A DNA stretch of 52,093 nt, filler included, from Streblomastix strix (lineage: Eukaryota), in assembly GCA_008636045.1 (NCBI GenBank). It is 3 parts of 3 records of this genome, joined end to end, with 100 filler letters (N's around TTAATTAATTAA, not from the genome) between each part and the next. Parts side by side here need not be neighbours in the genome. Positions count along the whole stretch, not along the records: positions 34,825 to 52,093 come from SNRW01000711.1; 2 more parts are not named here. One strand, 5' to 3'. This document shows positions 39,408 to 52,093 of this stretch, one piece after another (within the stretch, counting starts at the first letter, position 1; each line of letters opens with the position of its first letter). The notes under the pieces were generated by a model. The model saw only the letters and a program-made list of their open reading frames with translations, searched no databases and had not been told where the DNA came from. A program made the translations under genes and the position numbers.

Positions 39408-42400
39408 TTCTAAACAGTTATTCAAAAGTAAATGAGCAATAAATCAATACCAATTGATGAAATGTTTTGAATGTTAATCTGAATTAACTCAAGAATAGAA
39501 AGAATATATTTTATCATAATTTGTATCTGATGTTGTCAAAGATGATTCACTTACTAATAAATGGATTAAATTTGATTAATATATTGACATAATTTGGGTT
39601 GAGTCTATTGGTTTATATACGACAAATTATCTATGAACTGAATTATATTATTAACCAGAACAGCCAAAATCTGATTTTATTGTATTTTTTTGAGCTTAGT
39701 TCATTTCAACTTCATTTTTTCTTTTCATCTTGCTTTGTTAACTTCAGGTATTTATGGCTGATTTGGATTTTGAAATTAATAACATCTTCTGAGTGACATT
39801 AATAAATCAAGTGTGATTTATAGAACAATACGATGAAGTATATCTAACAAGATAAAGTCAGATGTCTTTATGAATGCTGTCAATCTGATGCTCTCTTATC
39901 ATCAAGCTGCCATTTTAGTACATCTTATTTCACTCATTAATGCTTCTTCTAGAGATTATCCACTTTTACCTTCTTATCCATATTGTTCATCTCCTTGAAT
40001 TGAAATACGTTTGATCTTTAATGTACTTCATGATCTTATACATCCTTTATTTCCATATATATCATGATTGATGAATTATTTTAGATCCATCACATAATAT
40101 ATTGCTTATCCAATAGTTTCATCTATATCATTCCAGAAATCAGCCAAAGTTGAAATGAATTCATTATTCTTCTCATTTCTTACTTCTTTGAACTCTCATA
40201 GAGTATATGTCTTATTCAAAATCTTGATATATATAATCTGTTCACCTTGAAATCAAGACATTTCCTTCTGATCTCGTGAAATGCATTCATTTGAGGATTT
40301 GAATCTAAGAAATGAATATCAGATAATGATACATGAGATCCTTCCACATAACTTCATATATTGAATCATTCCAATGCACTATATGATCTCCACATCATGT
40401 ACTCTTTGAAAAGTTTGATCTAAAATACTTCGTTATAATATTACCTTTCTTTCTAACAATCTTTCAATACAAATAAAAATAACTTCTCCATTTCTGAAAT
40501 GTGTTATCTCATATATACTCATTGCGAAGTAGTTGACCAGGTTTATGTTGTTGAATCAAAACACCACCAATTCATAAATGATGATAAATTGAAACTGAAA
40601 ATAAGCTACTTAAGCATAAATTAAGTCTAATTTGTTACTGTTTTACTTACACATTCAACAAAATCATTCATATTTAGGTAGTTGAGCCAGCTTTAAATTT
40701 GTGCAATTAACAACCTTGTCAATCAGATCACATATATGGTATATAATCATTTCCTATTTAGGCAGTGGAGTAAGTCTTGCTGGAATTGTTGATATTCGAT
40801 CTGATTCATTAATATTTGAAGTAGAGAATTTGTATTATTTGCATCTCCAGCTACTGTACGTATCCAGATGTGGTATGGTTTATATTGATCCTAATAACTT
40901 CCTATGGAAAGCTGTTGTCAAATCATTGATTGGAGCAATTCCTTCAAATGTTCTCAATTCAAACAAAAAGAATGGATGTAATAATTATTTCAGAAATTAT
41001 TTGGAGAATATTTTGAATCTAACTGAGAATATGTTAGAAATGGTGAAACAACCTACTCTTATCAAAGTATAAAATATAATCAATATAATGAAATCCTAAT
41101 ATTATACTGAATATGAATTTGAACCTTAATTAGATATAGAGTATATAAGTCAGATGAAGAAGATATAAATCCAAATATGAAGAAGGATATAAAATAAGGA
41201 GTCAAACCAGTTACAGATCAGACAGACTTTGAAGTTTTGACTAAGACTATTTTCTTCTATGATGTTGTTTGTGAATAAGTGAATCTCTTCATGAAACTGC
41301 ATGAGAAAAGTTTTATCCAATTAAATAAAGAGATATTGAAGGGATTTTCTTGCCTTATGTGGAATCTGTGTTTGAAGTTCTTCCTGATACAGAAACAGGA
41401 AAATTAATTGTTTGGGAAGTCCAGGAATATAAATATGAAGCAGAAAATCCCTTCATCAATATATTAGTACCAACTGTAGATACTCTTAGATATTCTTTCA
41501 TAACTGATCTTCTTATTGATACATATTTACCAACAATGTATTTTGGGGAGACGGGTGTTGGTAAATCAGTTATTGTATATGATCTATTTGAGAGAACTAG
41601 AGAAACAAAAGCAAGATTACCTGTTATAATCAACTTCAGTGCATAAACATCATCTGGAAGGACATAAATTATGATTGAATCAAAAATATTATTCAAAGGA
41701 GATCATTACACAACTCCACTAAGATAATCAGTTGTTCTTTTTATTGATGATTTCAATATGCCAGCACCAGATACTTTTGGATCACAACCTCCATTGGAGT
41801 TACTTAGATAGATGTTAGATACAGATGGATTATATGATAGAACTCAATTAGCATATTATGAATTACATGTCTCAAGTTAGTGATTCATTCAGAAGAAGAT
41901 GCAGAATATTACCATCTTTGGTGAATTGTTGCACAATTGAATGAGTCGTTAATTGGCCTGAAACAACTGAGATTATATCATCTTTTAAAACTGATGGGAA
42001 TATTATAAGTGTTGAAGCAATGAAAGTATAAATATTAGCAGAAGAGTCATAAGATGAACCAGATTCGATCATGTCAGTGTATATTGAAACTAATAAAGCT
42101 TATGAATCAATATCAAAAGCAAAAATAAATAAAATTATGACATTTGCTAATACACTTGAAGATATAAAACATGTAATGAATGTAATTTTTACTTTGATGG
42201 GTAAAAACAAGAATGGAATAATGCAATATTACTATTATATCAAAATAACTTCATTCAAATGCTGATATATTGTGATATAACTGAAATAATTGATGTTATT
42301 GTAAAAAAGATGAAACCTTTTATTGAAGATCTCGATTTAAAAGCCAGAAAAAGTTGAATCTGTCTAAAATGCTTCTACTAATATATGTCAGTTGATTATA

Positions 42401-42617
42401 GTTATTGTTGAATATGCTCGAGTATCTGAAATAATTGAATCAGTTATTTAAGCAGAAAAAGTTGTATAAGAGAAATTGAATGATCTGTAAGAGAAATTAG
42501 CTGTTAAGTAGAAACAACTTCATGATGTGGAAGATGCAATCGCTACAATGTAAATCAAATTTGATGTTAAAATAAAGGAATCTGCATAAACAGAAACTTA
42601 AATTGCATAAACAGAAA
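39408..42617 (+). pseudogene. Scrambled dynein heavy chain fragments (AAA2, AAA3, stalk), with an inverted probable tail fragment at ~39620-40300
   Basis: KWIKFD..IWVES; FEVENL..SRCGMVYIDP; GETGVGKS; LFIDDFNMPAPDTFGSQPPLELLRQ. Many frameshifts and TGA stops. Confidence 0.85.
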
Positions 42618-45335
42618 GGATGTTGTGCTAAAATTATTCCCATTCTTCCTTCAGATTCACTTAATTTCTCTCCATTTGAATTTTCACCCCCAATTATTGA
42701 ATATTTTTATATCTGAGTATCCAGAATCAGTGAAAACTTTTTTCCATTTATTTGGAGTCAATAATGGATGTCTTCTAAGATGATCATTTTTCACAGCCCA
42801 CCAACCTTCTGTAAGACCAAATACTACATCAAGCTATTTTAGACCAGTTAGTAATTCTAATTGTATTAATACACCTCCTATTTTAAGAATTGACTAAACA
42901 TTCTCAAATGATTGTTGGAGATCTCTTGATGCATGGAGTACATTTGCAGTTACTACAATATCTTATGATTTCTTTGGTACACCATTTTCCCAAGGTACTT
43001 TCTCAATATCCAATAATTGATATTATATCATCGCTTTATATTTCTCAAACTTACTTTATGCTTAATTTAAGAATGATCTTCCAATATCAGTGACTAAATA
43101 AGTTGTGGTTCTTTAAGACAAGTTTCTCCAATAATGATCCAGTTGTTCATCCAATCGATATTAATATTATCAATTCTTTAAGTGAATTCACAGAATTACG
43201 ATCAGATAAAATCATCTATAATATCCCATATATATCTGTATTATTTATTATATGGTCCGGTTTCAATATCATCCCTATAAACTGCATCTGTAGATACTTT
43301 ATCAGCAAAAATGAGTGAAATTGGATCAGTATCTCCTTTTATCACTTCTCCTATTCTCAATCCAACATCCATTATTAGAATAACTGAAGGTCTTGCTTAT
43401 CGTTAATGTTATAATATAAATGAAGCTAATTCATATGAATCATTTGATGATATTGCATTCACACATTCATCTTTCTTATTCTTATTGAGATATCCTGGAG
43501 GTCTATTAATCATTATTTGATTATCTAATTTTTAATCATCATAATATCTTTCAGTTGGTTGAACTTGTGCGTGTTCAATTATATTTACATGATCAAATCC
43601 AGGAAGTGATTTTATTTTAACATATCAAACATCTTGAAGATATTTGAGATAGTGAAGAAATAGTCTATTGAATTATTCTTATACACTAAAAGTTTATATT
43701 AGATCAAATGCGGGTTAGAATTAAGGAAGAAGAATTGATCCATCATCTTGTATACCAGATATTCCTTTCTCTTCCATCCAAGTATGTATATCATTTCTAA
43801 AACAATGCAATATCAAAAGATCAGATAACCTATTTGTCAGCGGAACAACACAATGAAGTACTTTCACTAAAATGAATTCTTTACCAGCAGATGCGAATAA
43901 CTTCTGTACTTATTCAACTATATCTTTTGGTTTATTAAGCTTAGAGTCTAATATGATTTAATTCTTATTACCAAACTACTCTTCACTAATTGAAGTTACA
44001 AATTCCCATCTGTGATCATAAATATTTGTTTCTTCTCCTCCAAAAATTCCAATTTTTCCTCCTTTTTTAACCTTTTTATAAATATTGTATTCAAATATCT
44101 TATAATGACCCATATGCTTTTCCTTCTTCATCATTACAATTCATAATCAATCTTCTTATGTGTGAATATTTGTGTGAGACTTGTACGGACTTTACTGCAA
44201 TCTCTAGCTGAAAGTCCAGATTATAAACATGCATCCATCATTTGTGGATACATTCAGCCCCATATTTCCAGTTCAACTGTTAAAGTTTCGGGATTCAATT
44301 CATTCAATCTAAGAGACATCAAATGTCAATCAGAATCATCAATCCATATTCTTCTTACTAATCTAAGTTCTATCCCCAATTCCAATCCTTCATTTCAGAG
44401 TTCACCATAGAAGTTATCAACTGCTATTTCATGAGTATATAATTTTCTGATCAAATTTAAATCTATTTTGGCAAATGAGTCATTTGGTGGAGAGTAATGA
44501 AAATCTGAAGGAATTCCAGGAATTAGTTTCAATTAATATTTTTCTCTTTAAATAATATCTTCTTCTAATTCAATTATTCCAGTGCAATGTGTTGTAAATT
44601 GCCCTGAAGAAACAACACTAGATAATAGAACTACATTATATTAACTTGTTGAACCAATTCTTGTTGAAACTCCTTCTTTTTGAATTTGTGTAAATGAAAC
44701 ATTAACTTTGATTATTTCTCCATTGTTCATATAAAATGCATTATTGAATTTCACATCTCGAAATCATAATGGCTTTTCTGATCCAAATAACTGTTCTCCA
44801 CAAGTTAGAATGCATTCAACATATGTAACTCCAGGAAAAATAATATTATTCTACAGCTAATGATCTGTAACCCATTTAAGATGTGATAGAAATATCAGCT
44901 TCACATTATTGCATTGATAAATCTAATCTAAATCGAACAAGTAGATGATTTCTTCCCCATTATGGATCCAATCTGTGTTTATATTGTTGATATGTTTCAT
45001 TTTAACATTTAGCTCTACTTCATCCATAGAATGGAAGATCAAGTATAAATTTGTATTCATTTACATTAGGAGATGGAATTGGAATTTTTGGTATGTTTTA
45101 CTATTCATTATATCATCTTCATCAGAATATTCTTCTGACTCCTCTTTAATTCCTTTTTCTTAAAGTCATCATTTTTCTAATTATTTATTTGTTAATTTGA
45201 ATCTTCTGTTTAATTGATTGCTGTGAAAATATATGATTTGAAATCGACGTTATATCCTAATACAAACAATTATGCAAATGATCTCAGTAATGCTTTTCTC
45301 TCTTAGAAATCTTCTCCGATCAAATATTTATACAA
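42618..45335 (-). pseudogene. Type I polyketide synthase fragment (post-AT linker, dehydratase, C-methyltransferase)
   Basis: LRSFAQLFVLGYNV.F; LDLPFYG; DH motif WVTDHQLQNNIIFPGVTYVE (~44821-44880); PQMMDACLQ; cMT motifs YLVTDIG..LDIE..DIVVTANVLHAS..GGVLIQLE..DVVFGLTEGWW..HPLLTPNKWKKV. Frameshifts and TGA stops. Confidence 0.85.
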
Positions 45336-45440
45336 AATCGTTTCACTGAATTTATAAAAGAAATGCAATATGAATCATTAATTTTAATCTTACAATAAAA
45401 TAAAAACAATCCAGTTCATTTTGCTCAATGCATTTTAAGC

Positions 45441-45708
45441 TTTATTGCGAACGTTCTAGGCTCCTAATCGTCATACAAGAGGCATGATCACCACTTATTG
45501 TTAATATGGGTCACCCCAAAAAGGAAAATTGGTGGTACGTCTTACGGGGAGATAAAAGCATAACTTAAAAGGGGGTAACAAAATAATAGCGGATTGGCGC
45601 TCCTAAAAATAATATAAAAAAGTCTAAGGTGGATCCACTTTTCACCTACATGCATATCCACCTAAATGAGCTGACCATATTTACCTCGATACTGCTGCAA
45701 TCAGCTCA
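45441..45708 (-). promoter_or_regulatory. Conserved structured 3' UTR with AATAAA, copy 2
   Basis: Same stems as copy 1. Confidence 0.65.
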
Positions 45709-45724
45709 ATAGTGACGTGCCTGC

Positions 45725-47119
45725 TCAAAGGAGAAGAGCAGGAAGTACCAAAACTGCAGCAAGTAAGCCAAGTGCAGCGCGAATGACTGACACACCATTG
45801 AACACTTCAAATCCGTAGTAAGTTGTTTCTGCGCCAAGATACTCTTCTGCTGGTACTGGCATCCATCCATATGTATAGGTGGGTGTTCTGTCAAGTCCTT
45901 CCCCAGTATATTCAGGAGCTGCTAAAATCCAAACATCTTTCTTATCTGCTTCTTATTCCCAGCCAATAAATACATTTGCACCAACATGTACTGGCCCAAA
46001 ACGAACCAACAGGCTTTTCAGAGTGTTTGCATCTCCCTCGAATTAACCAAGGCGGTATCCCTTTAGATAAGCTTTGTATTTTTCATCTGTTGTGCACTTA
46101 GCTGCTTCTGCTGGAATGCCTGTATTTGGCACGCATTTCTTGTCAACAATACCATTTCTGGTAACACCAAAGATGAATGCATATTCAGCATCGCCACCGC
46201 ATGTTTGAGCAACAGTTTCATCCGCAAATGTTGTATTTAATCCTTCACCGACGTTCGTGTAAGTGACCTTTGTTGGGCCATTCTTAATGAGATGTGTGAG
46301 TGACGGTGCAAGATCCACTTTTTCGACCGCATAGACTGAGTATCCAAAAAGTCCATAGAATCCAAATTCATACTCACCAGCTACATTATCGCAGGCAATC
46401 TCATCAGCAGTAAGAGCAACGCTTGTCAGAAGCTTTTCGAGTGCTGCTTTATCAGCTGCAATGCCATAGTACTTCTCAAGGGTCTCGCTTGAGGCAGAAT
46501 CAAGTAGCTTATAATCAGTAATCTTCTTTGAAAGAAATTTTGGTTCCCAATTTTCGGCGCTTGTGACATCTTTCACATCAAATGTTAGAACACCATTCTT
46601 ATCAACTGTTTCACCGTAATAATAAATTGAATCCTTTGCAAATGTTGCTCCAGCTTTTTTCCTTAAAAGGGTTGGTTTCCCGAATGAGAGTACAGCGAGT
46701 ACAAGCAGCAGTTTTGTGAAGGCCCTAAAATTAAATAAAAATAAAATTATAATATAATATTGAAGTCGATCATAACAATTAAAGGTCTAAATATATTTAA
46801 TACATCATTTCCTTAAATAATAATTAATAAAATTAGTCGATCCATTTGTTTGGGATTTTGGTAGATCGAATATTGATCTGTTTCTTTTAGCAACAAAAAA
46901 GCATTTATACATATATTGATCAATAAAATAGGATCAAGTTAAACATTAATTATCATCATAGATATATAAATATCTCTATAAGTAAACGGATGTTGCAGTA
47001 CAAAAGAAATAAATTTTATTGGCTTGGTTCTCCATCAGTTATCAGTTTCTTACATTTTTTCATATTTAATAGCGCTAAATACACACTCATGCACCTCACC
47101 ATCGGTGGTTCACATACAT
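45725..47119 (-). CDS. Secreted, probably GPI-anchored, apparently catalytically dead papain-fold surface protein, copy 2 (333 aa)
   Basis: Exon 1 is AT (47119-47118), intron 47117-46725, exon 2 runs to TGA at 45725. MAFTKLLLVLAVLSFG..QTCGG..GIVDKKCVP..KC..LLVRFGPV..FIGW..W..AALGLLAAVLVLPALLL*. Confidence 0.85.
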
Positions 47120-47216
47120 GAAAAATTTTCCGATTTTCGAGATTTTAAGCTCGCCGCACGTTTTGAAAGGCGCCCAATCTGGCGTTTTTTGTGCTCAAAG
47201 GGATAGATCAATGAAA
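47120..47216 (-). promoter_or_regulatory. Conserved GC-rich promoter/5' UTR block, copy 2
   Basis: Near-identical to 39023-39120. Confidence 0.6.
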
Positions 47217-47499
47217 TTATTTTTCTTATTTTAGAAATAGAAATTTTTGCATTTTATTATCAAATTTAAAATTAATAATATAATATAATATAATTTGTTA
47301 CTAATTATATTATTGATCTTAACAGATAGAAAAAACGATTTTTTATAGAATAATTTTATTTTTTCATTAAAATTCCCCCATCCTATTATCCAAATCATAA
47401 CTAAGTCTTAATTTGAATATTTAGTTCTTTTCTTTATGATTGAATAATCGTTGTATTTCGAAGATTCTATAATGTTTAATAGTAAATTTCACCATAACT

Positions 47500-49600
47500 C
47501 GCTCAAAAGAAAAATTCAGCTGCCTGAAGTAATTACTAAATTGAAAGAAGTATATAATGCATTAGATGAAATATTCTAAACAATTATTCAAAAGTAAATG
47601 AATAATAAATCAATACCAATTGATGAAAAGTTTTGAATGTTTATCTGAATTAACTCAAGAATGAAAAGAAAGTCAAATATTATATTTTGTCTATAATGTA
47701 ATCAAAAATGGTTCATTTGCTAAGAAATAGATTATATTTAATTAACAAGTTGATATACTATTGGTTGCATCTCTTAATACATTATTTGATAATTCTAAGT
47801 CTCTTTTTAACCTAAAAAGAAAGAGGATTAAGTTAACTCCAACAATTGCTTTATTATTTGAAGTAGAGAACTTAGATGTTAAAATATCAGCTACCATATC
47901 CAGATTTGGAATTGTTTAGATTGATCCTGATAAATTCTTATGGAGATCTGTTGTCAAATCATTAATTGGAGCAATTCCTTCAAATACTCTCAATTCAAAC
48001 AAAAAGAATGGATGTAATAATTATTTCAGAAATTATTTGGAGAATATTTTGAATCTAACTGAAAATATGTTAGAAATGGTGAGGCAACCTACTCTTATCA
48101 AAGTATAAAATATAATCAATATAATGAAATCCTAATATTATTCTGAATATGAATTTGAACCTTGTTTAGATATTGAGTACAATAGTCAGATGAAGAAGAT
48201 ATAAATCCAAATATGAAGAAAGATACAAAATAAGGAGTCAAACCAGTTACAGATCAGACAGACTTTGAAGTTTTGACTAAGACTATTTTCTTCTATGATG
48301 TTGTTTGTGAATAAGTGGATCTCTTCATGAAACTGCATGAGAAAAGTTTTATCCAATTAAATGAAGAGTTATTGAAGGGATTTTCTTGCCTTATGTGAAA
48401 TTTGTGTTTGAAGTGCTTCCTGATACAGAAACAGGGAAATTATTTGTTTGGGAAGTCCAGGAATATAAATATGAAGCAGAAATTCCTTTCTTCTATATAT
48501 ATATACCAAAATTAGGTACAGTTAGATACTCTTTCTTAACTGATATTCTTATTGGTACATACATTCCAACAATGTATGTTTGTGAGACAGGTGTTGGTAA
48601 ATCAGAAATTGTGTATGATCTATTAGATAGGACTATATAATCAAAAGCAAGATTTCCTACTATAAATAAACTCAGTGAATTAAAATCATTTTGAAAGACA
48701 CAAAGGAAGATTGAATCTAAGCAATATATTAGAAGAGATTATTTTGCTGTATAATCGTTATATTCCGCTGTACTTTTCATAGATGATTTCATTATGTCAA
48801 ATCCAGAAACTTTTGCTTCACAACCTCCATTGGAACTTCTCAGACAGATGTTGAGTATTGATTGATGATATGATTGAATTGAGTTAAAAATGAGGAATGT
48901 TATAGGAGAGTATATTGTTACTGCTTATCGATCTCTAGCTGGTAGTAAAAATAAATTATGTAAGAGGTTGAATACATTATTCACTCAACAATAAGTTACA
49001 AAACAAATTCAGAAATCACAAATTAGAATCTTCAATTCAATATTAATGGGATATATATGTGTATTATCATTTGTTGCAGACAAGAAATAATTAACTCCTC
49101 TGATTAATAAATTTTCAGTTGAATCATGTCAATTCGCAATGAATGTACTAAGAAAACCTCTATCTAAATCACATTATGTATTCAATTTGAGGGATCTATC
49201 TAAAGTCTTCAAAGGAATAATGCAAATTAAAGTCATTGATAAAATAGAGGAATTATAAATTTCCAGACTTTACGTATTCGAACTTCTTCTATTCATCTCT
49301 GCTATTATCACAAATGATGAATATCGAAATATATTCTCATAGTAGATAGTATCACTTGCTAAGTAACACATTCATATAAATTGGAAGTATGATATAATGT
49401 TTGAGAAGAAAGTGGTCAAAGAATGTCCGTTTGAATTAGAATATAGATAAACTAAAGATGATAAAGCTGAAGCAGGTAAAGAGAAAGAATATGATTAATC
49501 AAAGTAATTTCCACTTTGAAGTGATTTGGCTAAATTCCCTGCAGATGAAAGACCTTATGAAGAAATAACTGATATTAACAAACTTCTTACTCATTTATAG
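47500..49600 (+). pseudogene. Dynein heavy chain AAA2-AAA3 fragments, second copy
   Basis: SLNTLFDNSK..RIKLTPTIALLFEVENL; CETGVGKS; FIDDF..SQPPLELLRQ; HYVFNLRDLSKVFKG. Duplicates 39408-41860. Confidence 0.85.
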
Positions 49601-52093
49601 AATTAATTTTCTTCTGCAAATATATATCAGCGTATGGTTTTTGCTCCTATAATTGGAACTTCAAACATAACTCCATTTCTCTCACCAAATATATTAAATA
49701 ATTCAATTGTCTTAAGAAGCTGATTAGGAATCAAACTTTGAATAATCTGGAATCATCTTAATAACTAGTCTAAAAGTTATTTAAGATCATCTAGCAATTC
49801 ATTTCTTCCAGAATATTCTGAATTTATTGTAATGATCTCCATCAATATGAAATCATCTGGATTTGAGAAATCGAGTGTTTTGATGTTATCGAATAGTTTG
49901 TTCATGTATGGCATAACTTTCATCGGGTATTTTTCTTCTTTAAGAATCTCTAATAGATCATCTTTTGGTAAGAAGAAGAACCTATCAAATGCATTTCTCT
50001 TAGTATTTAATAGTCCATTCAAAGCTGCTTGTATTTAATCCTCAGTTTAATTGAGTTATCTGAAAATATTTGCAAGTCCAGGTTATGTTACAGCTCTTTG
50101 TGCAGAAGGAAATTCATAAAATGCTTTCATTATATTATGCCAGAACTTATCGCATTCATGGAATTCTTACTCTAATCCTAATTATTACATTATTACATGG
50201 AAATAAAATAAAAACAAATTTAGTTTTTGAAATAAATATAAGAATTCCATTTAATTTCTCTATTAATAATTCTCCATCTCTTATGATTCACACCTTCAAC
50301 GGTTCATCACTTTAGAATACAACTTCTAATGATAATTAGTTCTGCAAGGACAAAAGCCAAACATCCAATACTTCAGAGAAATATGCTAATCAATTAACCC
50401 AGAAATCGACCATCTCTTTCATTGGACCAACAAGTATTGATCCTCTGATTGTAACTAATTGTACTTATTGTATAATAATAAATAGATAAATTTCATTCTT
50501 ATAATAATTTTCATCCAATTGCAAACCTATAAATCATCCAGCTCTCTCAATATTCTTCTATAATTATCCAAGGTCTTCAAATTTATCCTCCATTACATTG
50601 AATCGAACTTGATATTCTGCATTCTTAGCTACTTTATCAGCTATTACTTATACATTATGTTGTATATCAAGAGCTAATTATGCATTTGTCTCAATTGTGA
50701 ATTAATCTTTTGTTCCAGGCATTGATAGAAAGGTTGAATCATCAATTTTTTATCTCATCTTACTAATATCATTGTGTTTCTCAACTATTCTCTTAGATAA
50801 CTACTTTACAAAATAATTGATTTATTCTTTCTTTGATCCTTCACATTGCATTATTGATTTTCTAAGCTTTGAATAATTCTTCTCATATAATACAACATTA
50901 GCTTGTTCAGTAGATGTCAACACCAAAATATTGAATTATTTGTTTATTCTAATTAAGGCTATTATAGAATCATGTTTGTTCTATATCTTCTTTGACCCAT
51001 CCAATGCTTTCTATAATTCAGAGAGAACTTTAGCATATCATTCAGGCATGTATCTACTGCAATTAACACATCCTCAGTGGTTATCCATCCTAATCTTAAT
51101 GTGGTGTTGTCTTAGGAGAAGATAAGCTATTATTTGAATAAACAACAGGTGATGCAAGAAGGATTTCATCCCTGACTTCAATCCATTCTTTCTCACGATT
51201 CTTCTCAATTTCTCCAATCTCTTTAATTTTCAATAATTTCTCTACTGGAGCAACAACTTCAACTGTCTTAAGTCTGAAATTGTATGTTATTTGTTATTAT
51301 TATGAAGGTGTTTGTTATTCAAGTGTTGTTGATGCTGCATTTGATATAATACCAAGAGATTGGATTGGTAAAGGAAATTTCTGATGTTTAAGAACCCAAT
51401 CTTCAGCTTCTTCTACACTCAATATTCTATCTGGAATTTATAATGTTCAATTTTTTACTTTTTCTGCTTCATCATTACTTATATTGCCTCTTAGTAGCTC
51501 AGCAAATGCAACATTGAATGTAGTGAATTTGGTTGCCCTGATGTATGTATCACTTATTTATTTTGCTTTGTCCTGTCTGAGTTTTCTGAATATTTGAACT
51601 TCTTGGAATTTGGAATCTATTAATTCTGCGATTAATTCGGCTAGATCAATCATTTCTCCTGAATTCCGTCCAAAATCTTATTACCCACATTCAGTTAAAG
51701 CAAATATTGTTTATGATTTATATTTCAAAATTAGAAGAAATCTTTTTTTAAGAACAGACATCAACAAAGAATTGTGTAATCTGATCTGAGAAAACAATTC
51801 TTAATTGCAATCTTCTGTAAGAGAAAATATCAACCTTGAATGATCTTCATTATTAAAGCATATTTCTTATTATAACAACAGATCCATCTATATCAGTGGA
51901 TAGAACTTAGCCAAAAGTGCTACTTATTCATCAACCTTCTTTTAAATTTCTTCTTCTTTTTATCACATTTCATCTTCTTCTTCTAATCATCCATAAACTG
52001 GTTTAGTATTATGGTAGAGCTTGAATATCCTTCAATTACGAGTAGTACTTATCAAATTATTCTTAGAACCATTTCGCACTGGGTATTGACTAG
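49600..52093 (-). pseudogene. Dynein heavy chain tail/linker (DHC_N2) fragments, degenerate
   Basis: KRNAFDRFFFLPKDDLLEILK..VMPYMNKLFDNIKTLDF matches KR..FPRFYFLSNDELLEIL..VQPHL.K.F..I..L.F. Discontinuous, with stops. Confidence 0.75.

Noticed and set aside
42618..45335. TGA readthrough (Trp or Sec) to rescue the PKS, dynein and NMD3 frames
   Set aside because: The same regions also have frameshifts and deletions, and intact genes use TGA only as a stop, so decay is the simpler explanation.

Overview
AT-rich eukaryotic (protist) genomic DNA made of three unrelated ~17.3 kb contigs (1-17351, 17452-34724, 34825-52093) joined by artificial N44-TTAATTAATTAA-N44 linkers. Genes read with a non-standard code (TAA/TAG = Gln, TGA the only stop) and have short GT-AG introns, so the supplied ORF track is mostly misleading. 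The code, intron density and gene content fit an oxymonad such as Streblomastix (inference). Contig 1 is mostly decayed: a tyrosine recombinase remnant, PP2A B'' and NMD3 pseudogenes, a 5'-truncated type I membrane protein, a coiled-coil/SPRY-like gene, and prim-pol-like and putative capsid remnants of an endogenous DNA virus. Contig 2 is gene-dense: a bacterial-type 2-hydroxyacyl-CoA dehydratase/activase-family gene now carrying many introns, a double UBR-box protein, a paralog of the SPRY-like gene, a polyQ protein encoded by (TAA)39, an intronless ~2064-aa MSH6 and a minimal SMN-like YG-box protein. Contig 3 has a Maverick/Polinton-like right end (tandem arrays, two nested ...ACTACT termini), followed by an ~8 kb tandem duplication of scrambled type I PKS and dynein heavy chain fragments. 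Each copy of the duplication carries an intact but highly diverged, apparently catalytically dead papain-fold surface protein gene with an intron-split AT|G start codon and a conserved structured 3' UTR. This cassette is the best candidate for an undescribed variant-surface-protein system. All homology calls come from motif recognition by eye, not database searches.
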